Shown here: positions 40,568 to 48,640 of the stretch, one piece after another | Numbering within the stretch: position 1 is the first letter of the stretch | Layout of the letters: each line of letters starts with the position of its first letter | From: Candidatus Woesebacteria bacterium GW2011_GWB1_39_10 | Lineage (GTDB): Bacteria > Patescibacteriota > Microgenomatia > UBA8517 | DNA length: 64,000 bases | NCBI GenBank assembly: GCA_000993205.1 | Contig: LBVU01000002.1 | Location: 117,079-181,078 of the forward strand | Direction: 5' to 3' | Position numbers and translations under genes: made by a program | Notes under the pieces: generated by a model | What the model was told of the DNA's origin: nothing | The model's database searches: none | Seen by the model: the letters and a program-made list of their open reading frames with translations, nothing else

Positions 40568-41101
40568 ATGATCAGAAAGATAATTCAATCGGGTAACCCG
40601 ATTTTAAGACGAAAATCCAAAAACATTGCCAAGGTGGACAAAAAGGTTCAGGAGATAATCAGGGATCTGAAGGATACATTAAAGACCCAAAAAGAACCGG
40701 AAGGTGTGGGCCTGGCAGCTCCCCAAATCGGCAAGAATCTGAATATCTTCATTGCTAGCTACAAAAATTTTCAACGAGTGGTAATAAACCCTGAAATTTT
40801 GAAAATTTCAGGAGCTAAAAGTGAAAAGCTAAAAGTGAAAAGTAAGAAGGAAATACTCGAAGGCTGCTTGTCACTTCCTTATTACTACGGACCTCTAAAA
40901 CGAGCGGATAAAATCACCGTTAAATATCTAAACGAAAAAGGAGAAGAAATTACGGAAGATTTAGAAGGTTTTGATGCTCAAATAATTCTTCACGAAATTG
41001 ATCACCTTGAGGGAAAATTGTTCATCGACAGACTTTTTGAAGAAAAGAAACCCTTGTATAAAGTTGATGGAGATGAATGGGAAGAGGTGGAGCTTTCGTA
41101 G
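40568..41101 (+). CDS. def: Peptide deformylase
   Basis: GVGLAAPQIG, EGCLS, HEIDH. Confidence 0.97.
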   Translation: MIRKIIQSGNPILRRKSKNIAKVDKKVQEIIRDLKDTLKTQKEPEGVGLAAPQIGKNLNIFIASYKNFQRVVINPEILKISGAKSEKLKVKSKKEILEGCLSLPYYYGPLKRADKITVKYLNEKGEEITEDLEGFDAQIILHEIDHLEGKLFIDRLFEEKKPLYKVDGDEWEEVELS

Positions 41102-41107
41102 GAAAGC

Positions 41108-41189
41108 GACATCCTGAGGCGGCAGCCGAAGGATCCTGTCAATATTAAATAAGATTCTATCGTCCCGCGTTGCGGGACTCCAGAATGAC
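41108..41189. repeat. Paired REP-like palindromes of the GIY-YIG-associated family, no cargo gene
   Basis: catcctgag...gaaggatcct, AT spacer, agattctatcg...ctccagaatgac. Confidence 0.75.
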
Positions 41190-41200
41190 AAGATAACATT

Positions 41201-42046
41201 ATGAAAATAGTATTTTTTGGCACACCGGATTATGTTCTTCCTGTTCTTACCACCCTTCACAAGAAGTTTGTATCTGGACCGGGAAAGTCCCCAATTGTTG
41301 CTGTGGTTACCCAAAGTCCCAAACCAACCGGCAGAAAACAATATCTAACGTATTCTCCGGTAGACAAATGGGCTCATGAACGCAAAGTTTTTACACATTA
41401 TTCGGCCGAGGAACTAATTGATGCCAATCTTGATACGGAGGTCGGGATTCTGGCCTCCTACGGACAGATTATTTCTAAAGAGGTAATAGATTTATTTCCC
41501 AAAGGAATACTTGTAATCCATCCGTCTCTTTTGCCAGCATATAGAGGCGCTTCCCCCATTCAGGCGGCAATTACAAACGGTGACACTCAAACTGGTGTCA
41601 CGATATTTAAGATGGATGAAAAGATTGACCACGGCCCAATCGTCTCTCAGTTTAAGGAAAATATTCACCTGAATGATACATTTGAGACTCTCCGGATACG
41701 ACTTTTTGAAAGGTCTGCAGAAGTTTTAGCAGAACTTATCGAACCTTATTTAAAGGGTAAAATTAGTTTAAAAACACAAGATGAAGGCGGTGCCACCTAC
41801 ACCAAAATCGTCAAGAGAGAAGATGGATTTGTTGATCTTAAAAAAGACAGTCCCGAGAAAATCGAACGATTGTCCCGTGCAATGTATCCCTGGCCCGGCA
41901 TTTGGACCTATTTGCCTAACGAAAAGCGCCTCAAAATCCTTAAATGCCACCTCGAAGATGGTAAGTTGATTCTTGATGAAGTCCAGTTGGAAGGCAAAAA
42001 TCCTGTGAGTTGGAAGCAGTTCACAGAGGCATACCCAGAGCCGTAG
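41201..42046 (+). CDS. fmt: Methionyl-tRNA formyltransferase
   Basis: VFFGTP, HPSLLPAYRGASP, DHGP. Confidence 0.96.
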   Translation: MKIVFFGTPDYVLPVLTTLHKKFVSGPGKSPIVAVVTQSPKPTGRKQYLTYSPVDKWAHERKVFTHYSAEELIDANLDTEVGILASYGQIISKEVIDLFPKGILVIHPSLLPAYRGASPIQAAITNGDTQTGVTIFKMDEKIDHGPIVSQFKENIHLNDTFETLRIRLFERSAEVLAELIEPYLKGKISLKTQDEGGATYTKIVKREDGFVDLKKDSPEKIERLSRAMYPWPGIWTYLPNEKRLKILKCHLEDGKLILDEVQLEGKNPVSWKQFTEAYPEP

Positions 42047-42281
42047 TGTGTTTTGGGGCCAATTTGCCGACATTTTTAAATTTACTAATACAGTCGGTAC
42101 ATAACTTCATTTGTGTCTTTTTACCATTGACCATAACAGCAATCTTTTGAAGATTGGGCGCAAAGGTGCGGAGTGTGACCTGGGCTCGTTTCTTCCAACG
42201 TTTACCTGCAACACCTCGGTGATGAGTGCTGGTTCTGCCTGAAACTGTTCCTTTTCTGCAATTGTCGCAAATGTAAGCCAT
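42021..42281 (-). CDS. rpmB: 50S ribosomal protein L28
   Basis: CDNCRK, RTFAPNLQ, LCTDC. Confidence 0.85.
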   Translation of the reverse strand: MAYICDNCRKGTVSGRTSTHHRGVAGKRWKKRAQVTLRTFAPNLQKIAVMVNGKKTQMKLCTDCISKFKNVGKLAPKHTTALGMPL

Positions 42282-42320
42282 TGAGAAATAGATTATACTA
42301 TACATTGAGGCTTAAATTCA

Positions 42321-42962
42321 ATGGAGTTACTATTAATTATTTTAGGAATAGCCGGACTTGCCTATACCATAATCATTCATGAGGTCGCCCACGGCTGGGT
42401 GGCCAATCGTCTGGGCGACCCTACCGCAAGATTAACGGGCAGGCTAACCCTTAACCCTATTCCGCATATTGATCCTTTGGGAACTATAATTGTCCCACTC
42501 CTTATGTATTTTTCCCCTGCGCATTTCGTTTTTGGTTGGGCAAAACCGGTCCCCATTGACCCATATAACCTCAAGAATCCAAAAAAAGATACTCTCCTAA
42601 TTGCCTTGGCTGGGCCACTCTCCAATATAATTCTAGCTGTAATTTTAGCCATCATTTTTTGGCTCATACCAATGCCACAAATCTTCGCGGATTTGGTCAA
42701 AACCATGGTCGGACTTAACGTAGGCTTGGCTGTTTTTAATTTGATCCCGGTCTCCCCACTCGATGGAGAAAAGATACTCGTCGGACTTTTACCTGACAAA
42801 GAAGCCAGAGAATTTGAATATTTTATGAACAAATTTGGATTCATTCTTCTTGCATTCTTAATATTCCCGATTTTTGGAGGCGTATCTCTAATATCCCCAA
42901 TTCTATACCCAATAATTAACTTTATATTGAATCTTCTAATACCGGGTTTCCCACGGTATTAA
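42321..42962 (+). CDS. Site-2 protease (M50) family protein
   Basis: HEVAH, GWAKPVP, FNLIPVSPLDG. Confidence 0.93.
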   Translation: MELLLIILGIAGLAYTIIIHEVAHGWVANRLGDPTARLTGRLTLNPIPHIDPLGTIIVPLLMYFSPAHFVFGWAKPVPIDPYNLKNPKKDTLLIALAGPLSNIILAVILAIIFWLIPMPQIFADLVKTMVGLNVGLAVFNLIPVSPLDGEKILVGLLPDKEAREFEYFMNKFGFILLAFLIFPIFGGVSLISPILYPIINFILNLLIPGFPRY

Positions 42963-42996
42963 CTTTTTCACATTGACTTACATGGTACAATTATAT

Positions 42997-43467
42997 TGAC
43001 CCTGTTAAAGAAGGATGCGGTCGGAATTTCCTGATCAAGTATATTCTAAAATGGGAGGACGGAGTCCGTTAAGTAATGCGCAAGCTAGCTTGATGGCAGT
43101 TCACCCACCTGGTTTTTCCAGGAATATCGCCGTACTTTTGATAGCAGGGTCACTTTTTTGCCTGAGAACAAAAACAGGGGTCAATCTTTTTCAAAACAAG
43201 GCACTTCGGCATTGTACAAGAGCGAAGTGCCAAAGAGGATATTATGCCTGTGTAAGTTTATTTAGGCTTTGGTTGCAGGAATCTCTGTCGGTGTACTGGG
43301 GAGGGAAGTTAGCTGTACTTGTTTTAATTGTACCTGCCTTTGCCTAGCTAATTCGGCGGTCCTGTAATCTAGAACTTTTTCCATATCTTGTTTGTTTTGA
43401 CCTTTCGGTTTTTTAATGGCCGTCTTGGACAGATCCGAAAGGGTTTGAGTACACCGAGGCGGCCATT
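42997..43467 (+). ncRNA. Candidate large structured non-coding RNA
   Basis: Many nested helices with G-U pairs valid only on + strand; GAAA/GCAA loops; no credible ORF. Confidence 0.55.
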
Positions 43468-43586
43468 TAAGATCTAAAAAGAAAATTTTTGTGTTTTTGG
43501 GTACAAAGGAATTCTCGCCGACACTTTGCGGAGGCGCAGGCTTTAGGCCGAGCCGGCCTGCCCTGCCGATCTGACTTCCATTTCAG

Positions 43587-43671
43587 TGCCAAGAGCAGGA
43601 TTCGAACCTACGTAGCCCTTCCGGGCGCCTGATTTACAGTCAAGTGCGTTTGACCACTCCGCCATCTTGGC
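43587..43671 (-). tRNA. tRNA-Tyr(GTA)
   Basis: Cloverleaf GCCAAGA...TCTTGGC, anticodon loop CT-GTA-AA, long variable arm, GTTCGAATC. Confidence 0.93.
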
Positions 43672-43673
43672 AT

Positions 43674-44276
43674 CTAATTCAAAAGGTCAGTAGCAATTAT
43701 ATCAATATCTAAAAGGATTTGCCTTAACAATCTGGTATCGTAATATCTTACATGGACAAGTCCGTACGGCATTTTCCCCACTTTTTCGGTTTTAAAATCT
43801 CTACGTACATATGGCTTAGAAAATTGTTTTTGAGGAATATTCAATTTCTCCGACCAGTATTCAATTAATTTGCCACTATTCTGATTGGAAAAACAGTAAA
43901 TATATACTCTCAATCGCTTTTCATTCACAAAGTAAATTTTTCTAAGCATTCTAGTAAATATTAAGAGCATTTTCTCGTTACTGTTAGCAAAATCGACAGC
44001 CGCTTTGTTTGCTTTTGACCCTTCGGCCCAGTATAGCGACAGCCCACTAATAAATAATTTTTGTAAGTTTATATCTAACTTATCTATTCTCTTAAAAGAC
44101 AGAGGGCTTCTCTCAAATTGAATTTTAATAGTTTCTGACGGTTTTCTTCTTTTGATTTTATTTCGCCTCATAAAACTAATAACTCTCCAAACAGAAATAT
44201 TATATTTCTGGGCAATTTCATTGGCACTCAAGCCGAACTTATTGTAAAGCTTCAATACATCAATCTTGTCAAGCAT
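43674..44276 (-). CDS. HTH + LAGLIDADG-like endonuclease domain protein
   Basis: N-terminal HTH; LYWAEGSK..FANSN..YWS..PYG; abuts tRNA-Tyr. Confidence 0.7.
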   Translation of the reverse strand: MLDKIDVLKLYNKFGLSANEIAQKYNISVWRVISFMRRNKIKRRKPSETIKIQFERSPLSFKRIDKLDINLQKLFISGLSLYWAEGSKANKAAVDFANSNEKMLLIFTRMLRKIYFVNEKRLRVYIYCFSNQNSGKLIEYWSEKLNIPQKQFSKPYVRRDFKTEKVGKMPYGLVHVRYYDTRLLRQILLDIDIIATDLLN

Positions 44277-44285
44277 ACCAGATCT

Positions 44286-44314
44286 ATGGTATTCTCCACT
44301 TGCCATACTGTCAA
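44286..44314 (-). promoter_or_regulatory. Sigma70 promoter for endonuclease + tRNA-Tyr
   Basis: TTGACA-17 bp-TACCAT on - strand. Confidence 0.55.
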
Positions 44315-44402
44315 CTATTCAAATTTGATATAATTCACACTACATGCAGGGATAAACAAGTTTCGTCTAACGACGTAAACAAAGTTTGTCCCAGCATTGC
44401 AT

Positions 44403-44474
44403 GCCGGGATAGCTCAACGGTGGAGCAACGCTTTTGTAAAGCGAAGGTTGAAGGTTCAAATCCTTTTCCCGGCT
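44403..44474 (+). tRNA. tRNA-Thr(TGT)
   Basis: GCCGGGA...TCCCGGC acceptor, TT-TGT-AA loop, GTTCAAATC. Confidence 0.93.
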
Positions 44475-44574
44475 CTTGGCAAACTTTCATTCCACCCACT
44501 CCGGCTGGGCAAAGTTTTGCATATAAACCGACTTCCATAACCACGTACACATTTTTTGGTATAATTGAGTCCGC

Positions 44575-44646
44575 GCCTGGGTAGCTCAGTGGTAGAGCAC
44601 CAACTTGGTAAGTTGGGGGTCGTGAGTTCAATCCTCACCTCAGGCT
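44575..44646 (+). tRNA. tRNA-Thr(GGT)
   Basis: GCCTGGG...CTCAGGC acceptor, ccaac-TTGGTAA-gttgg. Confidence 0.93.
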
Positions 44647-44666
44647 CAAAATGAAGTCTCAAAAAC

Positions 44667-45068
44667 TTACTTTTCCTCAATGGATCTCAAAACAACATAT
44701 TTGAGATCTCCTTCGTCGTCGTTCACCCTAACATAATCAACTCCGTGTATAACCGATTTCGCTCCCCATTCGTCCTTACCCCTCGGAGTTAGATTACCAT
44801 TTTGAAAAGTATGTTCAATTTGCATCAAAAGCTCTTTTGATTCTCCCGGTTTCCAAAGTGCTATATCAGCGTCAATTTCACCCTTCAAAAAAACCTGCTT
44901 CAAACTCTCGGCTATATTTTCAACCCTAGAACTATCTTTAACCGAGCCAACACCGCCGCTGGGCAATGTCACAGCTAAGGCCTCCGGGACTCTTAACCCC
45001 TCCTCCACAAAGACTTCATCTTTAACGGACACTTTTTTAAGCCATTCCGGGGTTGCCGTGTCAGACAT
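44667..45068 (-). CDS. Hypothetical protein
   Basis: ~133-aa ORF. Confidence 0.7.
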   Translation of the reverse strand: MSDTATPEWLKKVSVKDEVFVEEGLRVPEALAVTLPSGGVGSVKDSSRVENIAESLKQVFLKGEIDADIALWKPGESKELLMQIEHTFQNGNLTPRGKDEWGAKSVIHGVDYVRVNDDEGDLKYVVLRSIEEK

Positions 45069-45126
45069 ATATTTATTGTATAACATGAACATTGCGGTAT
45101 TGCAAATTTAAGTATAAAATAGGCAC

Positions 45127-45312
45127 ATGGCAAAAAAGGGGGCGCGAGAACTTGTGAGCATGATTTGTTCCGTCTGTAAAAATCAAAATTACATTACAAA
45201 CAGGAATAAGGTAAATATGGATGTTAAAGGCAAAGGCAAGCTCCAAATCAAGAAATATTGTAAATTTTGCCGCAAATCTCAACTTCACAAAGAAAGCTCC
45301 AAACTAAAGTAA
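45127..45312 (+). CDS. rpmG: 50S ribosomal protein L33
   Basis: CSVCKNQNYIT, KKYCKFCRK..LHKE. Confidence 0.93.
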   Translation: MAKKGARELVSMICSVCKNQNYITNRNKVNMDVKGKGKLQIKKYCKFCRKSQLHKESSKLK

Positions 45313-45963
45313 GATTTTTTCTCCCAACTTCCGAGCCTCATTTTCAAAAAACCTAATCATCTTCTGCCTATCAAGTTTGATTTTCATTCTGGGAAAATCT
45401 TCCAATTCATTCACCTTGAGTAAGTTCTTGACCAACTCAACCTCAGAAATCTTAATATCAAACTTTATTCTGTGAAGATCCAACGCGCGTTTGAGCCTCC
45501 ATTTTTTACGCTTCGCGATTTCATACAAATCAATAAAATCGCGCGCTTTTTTACGAAGTAAAATTGTTTCAACCTTATTTGCATAAATATCTTTTATTGA
45601 ATCTATTTTGACTCCTCTGAAATAACTTGGTTTCCCGAGCTGTGGAAATGAATAATAGACAAAATCGATTATCAGCTCTTCTCCGTTATTCCACTTAAGC
45701 TTAAACCCGTTCACATTAGTTTTTAATCTTTCGATTGTTGTATAACCCAATTCCTTTTTGGAGCTAAAGATGAAGTTTGCAACATCGACAAAGGTGAATT
45801 CTTCCGTGGAAAAAAAATCCAAATCTTCGGAATATCGGTGATTTAAATAATAACCAGCAAGAGCGGTTCCACCGGTTAAATAGAAATTGCTAAATTTTTT
45901 GTTTTGACCAACCAATCCAAGTAGTTGCTTCTGTCTGGTTGTAAACCAGGTTCTTTTTTCCAT
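45304..45963 (-). CDS. AbiEii/AbiGii family nucleotidyltransferase toxin
   Basis: FYLTGGTALA..HRYSEDLDFF, ANK, RDFIDLY. Confidence 0.9.
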   Translation of the reverse strand: MEKRTWFTTRQKQLLGLVGQNKKFSNFYLTGGTALAGYYLNHRYSEDLDFFSTEEFTFVDVANFIFSSKKELGYTTIERLKTNVNGFKLKWNNGEELIIDFVYYSFPQLGKPSYFRGVKIDSIKDIYANKVETILLRKKARDFIDLYEIAKRKKWRLKRALDLHRIKFDIKISEVELVKNLLKVNELEDFPRMKIKLDRQKMIRFFENEARKLGEKILL

Positions 45964-46166
45964 TTTCTTCCCCATACCAGGAATTCTATCGCCTTTTTGG
46001 TATCAATATCCAGGTCTTCCGAAATCTTACCCCAATTTTTGATAATCTCTGCCCTTTTTACCCTTTCCCCACCGTAAGTTAAAGCCTGCTTTATCCTCCA
46101 AAGTTTGTATTCTTTAGGATTGTTTTTCCTAAATAATTTTTCGTCCGTGTTCCAATTTACGATCAT
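45876..46166 (-). CDS. Small protein upstream of AbiEii, putative antitoxin
   Basis: MIVNWNTDEK..WRIKQALTYG; start moved downstream of tRNA-Trp; 3' end overlaps the toxin. Confidence 0.65.
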   Translation of the reverse strand: MIVNWNTDEKLFRKNNPKEYKLWRIKQALTYGGERVKRAEIIKNWGKISEDLDIDTKKAIEFLVWGRKWKKEPGLQPDRSNYLDWLVKTKNLAISI

Positions 46167-46199
46167 ATGCCATGATATAATATCACCTAGAAGATAGAT

Positions 46200-46273
46200 A
46201 GGCTCGTGATGAAATGGTATCATAGCGGTCTCCAAAACCGCTCTTTCAGGTTCGAATCCTGACGGGCCTGCCA
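46200..46273 (+). tRNA. tRNA-Trp(CCA)
   Basis: AGGCTCG...CGGGCCT-G-CCA, gcggt-CTCCAAA-accgc. Confidence 0.93.
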
Positions 46274-46344
46274 ACAAAGTTCGACTGTGTCCTTCTGAAG
46301 CTTTAGCGGAAGAGGATTCTATCCACCCCTGCAAGATAGCCTGC

Positions 46345-47289
46345 TTACTCTTTAATCCCCAATAACTCATTAACCTGAATATTTACTCCCCGGTGGTCTT
46401 TTATACTTACCCTGTAGCCATATTGAGTTTTGGTTCTCTCGAATAATTCGGGTCGAGTGAGATAAATTGGGACAATCATGTCTTGGATACACATTTTCCC
46501 GTCTCGTTTTTCTGACTCAGGTAAGACTCCGGGCAGATTTCTTCCAACACTGCGGGATATTGCAGAAAGTCTTTGAAGTTGTCTGTTCCGTGTTTCTAGC
46601 CCCTCAGAGACAAACTTGGCAAGTGGGTCAGTCGATTTCTCCAAAACCTGGACCATTTCCCTTGTAACTCCATGCTCCAACACCCCACCCCAATCATAAA
46701 GTAAGGTTTGCCCTGAATCTCGTAGATAATCTAAGGCAGCTCGGTCTTGTTTTGTATTAAAACTCATTCCTTGCCCTTCTACATCCTCCGCCGGAGCGGT
46801 GATTACTATTTCGGATATTTTCTCAGCTAACCCTTTTTCTTTTGCCAACCTGACAACTTCAGCAAAGTCTGTAAAAGCACCCAATCCAACAAGTGTGATT
46901 GGTTCGGGAGAATTAGAAAGCAATTCGACAACTCTCTGTACGGCCTCCAGGTTTGGTTTTCTCGCCTCAACCGCACCTTGAGCTATCGGTGGAATACCCT
47001 CGCCCCAAGCATCCCTTACCCTTGATAGCGAGTTATAACTCGTCCGACCATCCCCGTTATTTGTAAAAATTGACATTATAAATAATGGGTTTAGTTTTTG
47101 GTCTTTCGTGGCTGTTCGGATCATAAACAAGGCTAACCCATCATCTCTTTCCTGCGGAGCTTCTTTAATTCCACCAAAATATGCACCCGAAGTTATATCT
47201 GTGGAGATAATTAACCTTTTTCTTATTTCACGCTTAACTTCCGGGGTAATCTGTGATTCCTCAATCGGAATTTCACCAACCTCACCCAT
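46345..47289 (-). CDS. Nucleoside hydrolase-like protein (divergent)
   Basis: LIISTD..DDGLAL, GAFTDFA, SFN..QD, IQD. Confidence 0.65.
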   Translation of the reverse strand: MGEVGEIPIEESQITPEVKREIRKRLIISTDITSGAYFGGIKEAPQERDDGLALFMIRTATKDQKLNPLFIMSIFTNNGDGRTSYNSLSRVRDAWGEGIPPIAQGAVEARKPNLEAVQRVVELLSNSPEPITLVGLGAFTDFAEVVRLAKEKGLAEKISEIVITAPAEDVEGQGMSFNTKQDRAALDYLRDSGQTLLYDWGGVLEHGVTREMVQVLEKSTDPLAKFVSEGLETRNRQLQRLSAISRSVGRNLPGVLPESEKRDGKMCIQDMIVPIYLTRPELFERTKTQYGYRVSIKDHRGVNIQVNELLGIKE

Positions 47290-47366
47290 AACTACATTCT
47301 AACACCAACCCCGGAAATCCAAACTTGAAGAAGTTCCCTACATCGTTCATTAGCCCCTGCATAATA

Positions 47367-47416
47367 GGTACTGAATAGTACTTGACAAGACCTTTTTTAG
47401 GTACTAATATAGTACC
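47367..47416 (+). promoter_or_regulatory. TA promoter with two GTACT..AGTAC operators
   Basis: TTGACA(47382)-17 bp-TAATAT; ggtactgaatagtact and ggtactaatatagtacc. Confidence 0.7.
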
Positions 47417-47680
47417 ATGTCTAACACACAAGCAACACAGGTTAAGATAACTCTCCCAGACGAATTATATCTGCATCTTAGAAGTAGGGCTGAAAGGTTT
47501 GGTCTAAATTTGGCAGCTTACATTAGGAACCTTATTATTAACGATGTTAAGGGTGTTGATATTCCTGTTTTTAAAATGAGCGAAGAGAGAGAAAAAATAG
47601 CTTTAAAAGCGTTGAAAGATTATAAGAGCGGAAAAACCAAGGTGGTAGACAATCTAGATAACTATCTTGCCAACCTGTAA
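47417..47680 (+). CDS. Ribbon-helix-helix antitoxin
   Basis: QVKITLPDEL..AAYIRNLI; upstream of RelE-like gene. Confidence 0.75.
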   Translation: MSNTQATQVKITLPDELYLHLRSRAERFGLNLAAYIRNLIINDVKGVDIPVFKMSEEREKIALKALKDYKSGKTKVVDNLDNYLANL

Positions 47681-47684
47681 GGAA

Positions 47685-47945
47685 ATGAATATCAGGACTA
47701 CAACCTATTTTGACAAAAATCTCTCAAAGAAAATAAGAAAAAACCCTCAACTTAAAGCAAAAGTTAAAAAACAAATTGAACTATTAAGGGAAAATTTTCG
47801 TCATCCTTCCCTCAGACTTCACAAACTAACCGGAAAAAGAGCGCAGGAATATTCCTTCTGGATAGAAGGAAACTTAAGAATTACTTTTGTGATTATTGGT
47901 AATGCAATTCTGTTTACAGATATTATTACCCACGACGAATATTGA
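47685..47945 (+). CDS. RelE/ParE superfamily toxin
   Basis: HPSLRLHKLTG, YSFW, LRITF, THDEY. Confidence 0.82.
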   Translation: MNIRTTTYFDKNLSKKIRKNPQLKAKVKKQIELLRENFRHPSLRLHKLTGKRAQEYSFWIEGNLRITFVIIGNAILFTDIITHDEY

Positions 47946-47949
47946 TTTA

Positions 47950-48627
47950 TTAGGCTTTTGTCATCCCCAACTTTTTGGGCCAGGAGTCGCCCTTCGGAGT
48001 AATTACAAACATCATTCTTTTGTCAGTCACGGTACGGGGTTTGGAAGTTCCCCCAACTTTAATCTCGTTTGAATCCCACCAGCGCCTTTGAAAATCCTTG
48101 ATTCTAAATCTTCTATCCACCCCTGCGAACTTATGGAACGGGTCTGCAATCCGAATATAGCCCCGTTCTTTATCTACCCGAGTAATAACGCCGTAATGCC
48201 CATCGTCTTCGTCGGCGTCTTCATAAAATACCCCTTGCCACTCCACACCCACAGGAAACCTGTATTTATTTACAATTGCGTCCAAATCGCTGATTTTAGA
48301 ATTTGCCTTTTTCCAGAAAGAAAAACCCCCTTTGCCGGCTATTTTGGCGCCGCGCGCCAAATCTTTTATGCTCATTCCCCATTTCCTGATTTTCTTCTGC
48401 GCGCGGAGTGAGACTACAATCCTCTTCTGAAAAGTTTTAACACCCAAGAAAGAAAACAACATAGTGATCACCGCCGGCCCACAGCTATAAATATCAACCT
48501 GACGTAATCTTGACATGCCGGGAAACGCAACCCCGCGGATTCTGTCTTCTAAGGCTAAAAGACGTCTAATGACCTCCCGAATTGTCTTATTTGTATTGAT
48601 TTCCATTTGGCCCAATTGTACGGCCAT
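47950..48627 (-). CDS. C39-like cysteine peptidase
   Basis: Q..SCGPA, GHY, IADP catalytic pattern. Confidence 0.8.
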   Translation of the reverse strand: MAVQLGQMEINTNKTIREVIRRLLALEDRIRGVAFPGMSRLRQVDIYSCGPAVITMLFSFLGVKTFQKRIVVSLRAQKKIRKWGMSIKDLARGAKIAGKGGFSFWKKANSKISDLDAIVNKYRFPVGVEWQGVFYEDADEDDGHYGVITRVDKERGYIRIADPFHKFAGVDRRFRIKDFQRRWWDSNEIKVGGTSKPRTVTDKRMMFVITPKGDSWPKKLGMTKA

Positions 48628-48640
48628 TAAACAAATTTGT

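Noticed and set aside
43015-43347. 110-aa + strand ORF
   Set aside because: No recognisable motif and it coincides with dense RNA-like base pairing; more likely a shadow of a non-coding element.
44300-44680. ORFs overlapping the two tRNA-Thr genes
   Set aside because: Spurious readings of tRNA sequence.
46167-46370. N-terminal extension of the 164-aa ORF
   Set aside because: Runs antisense through tRNA-Trp; the real start is probably 46166.
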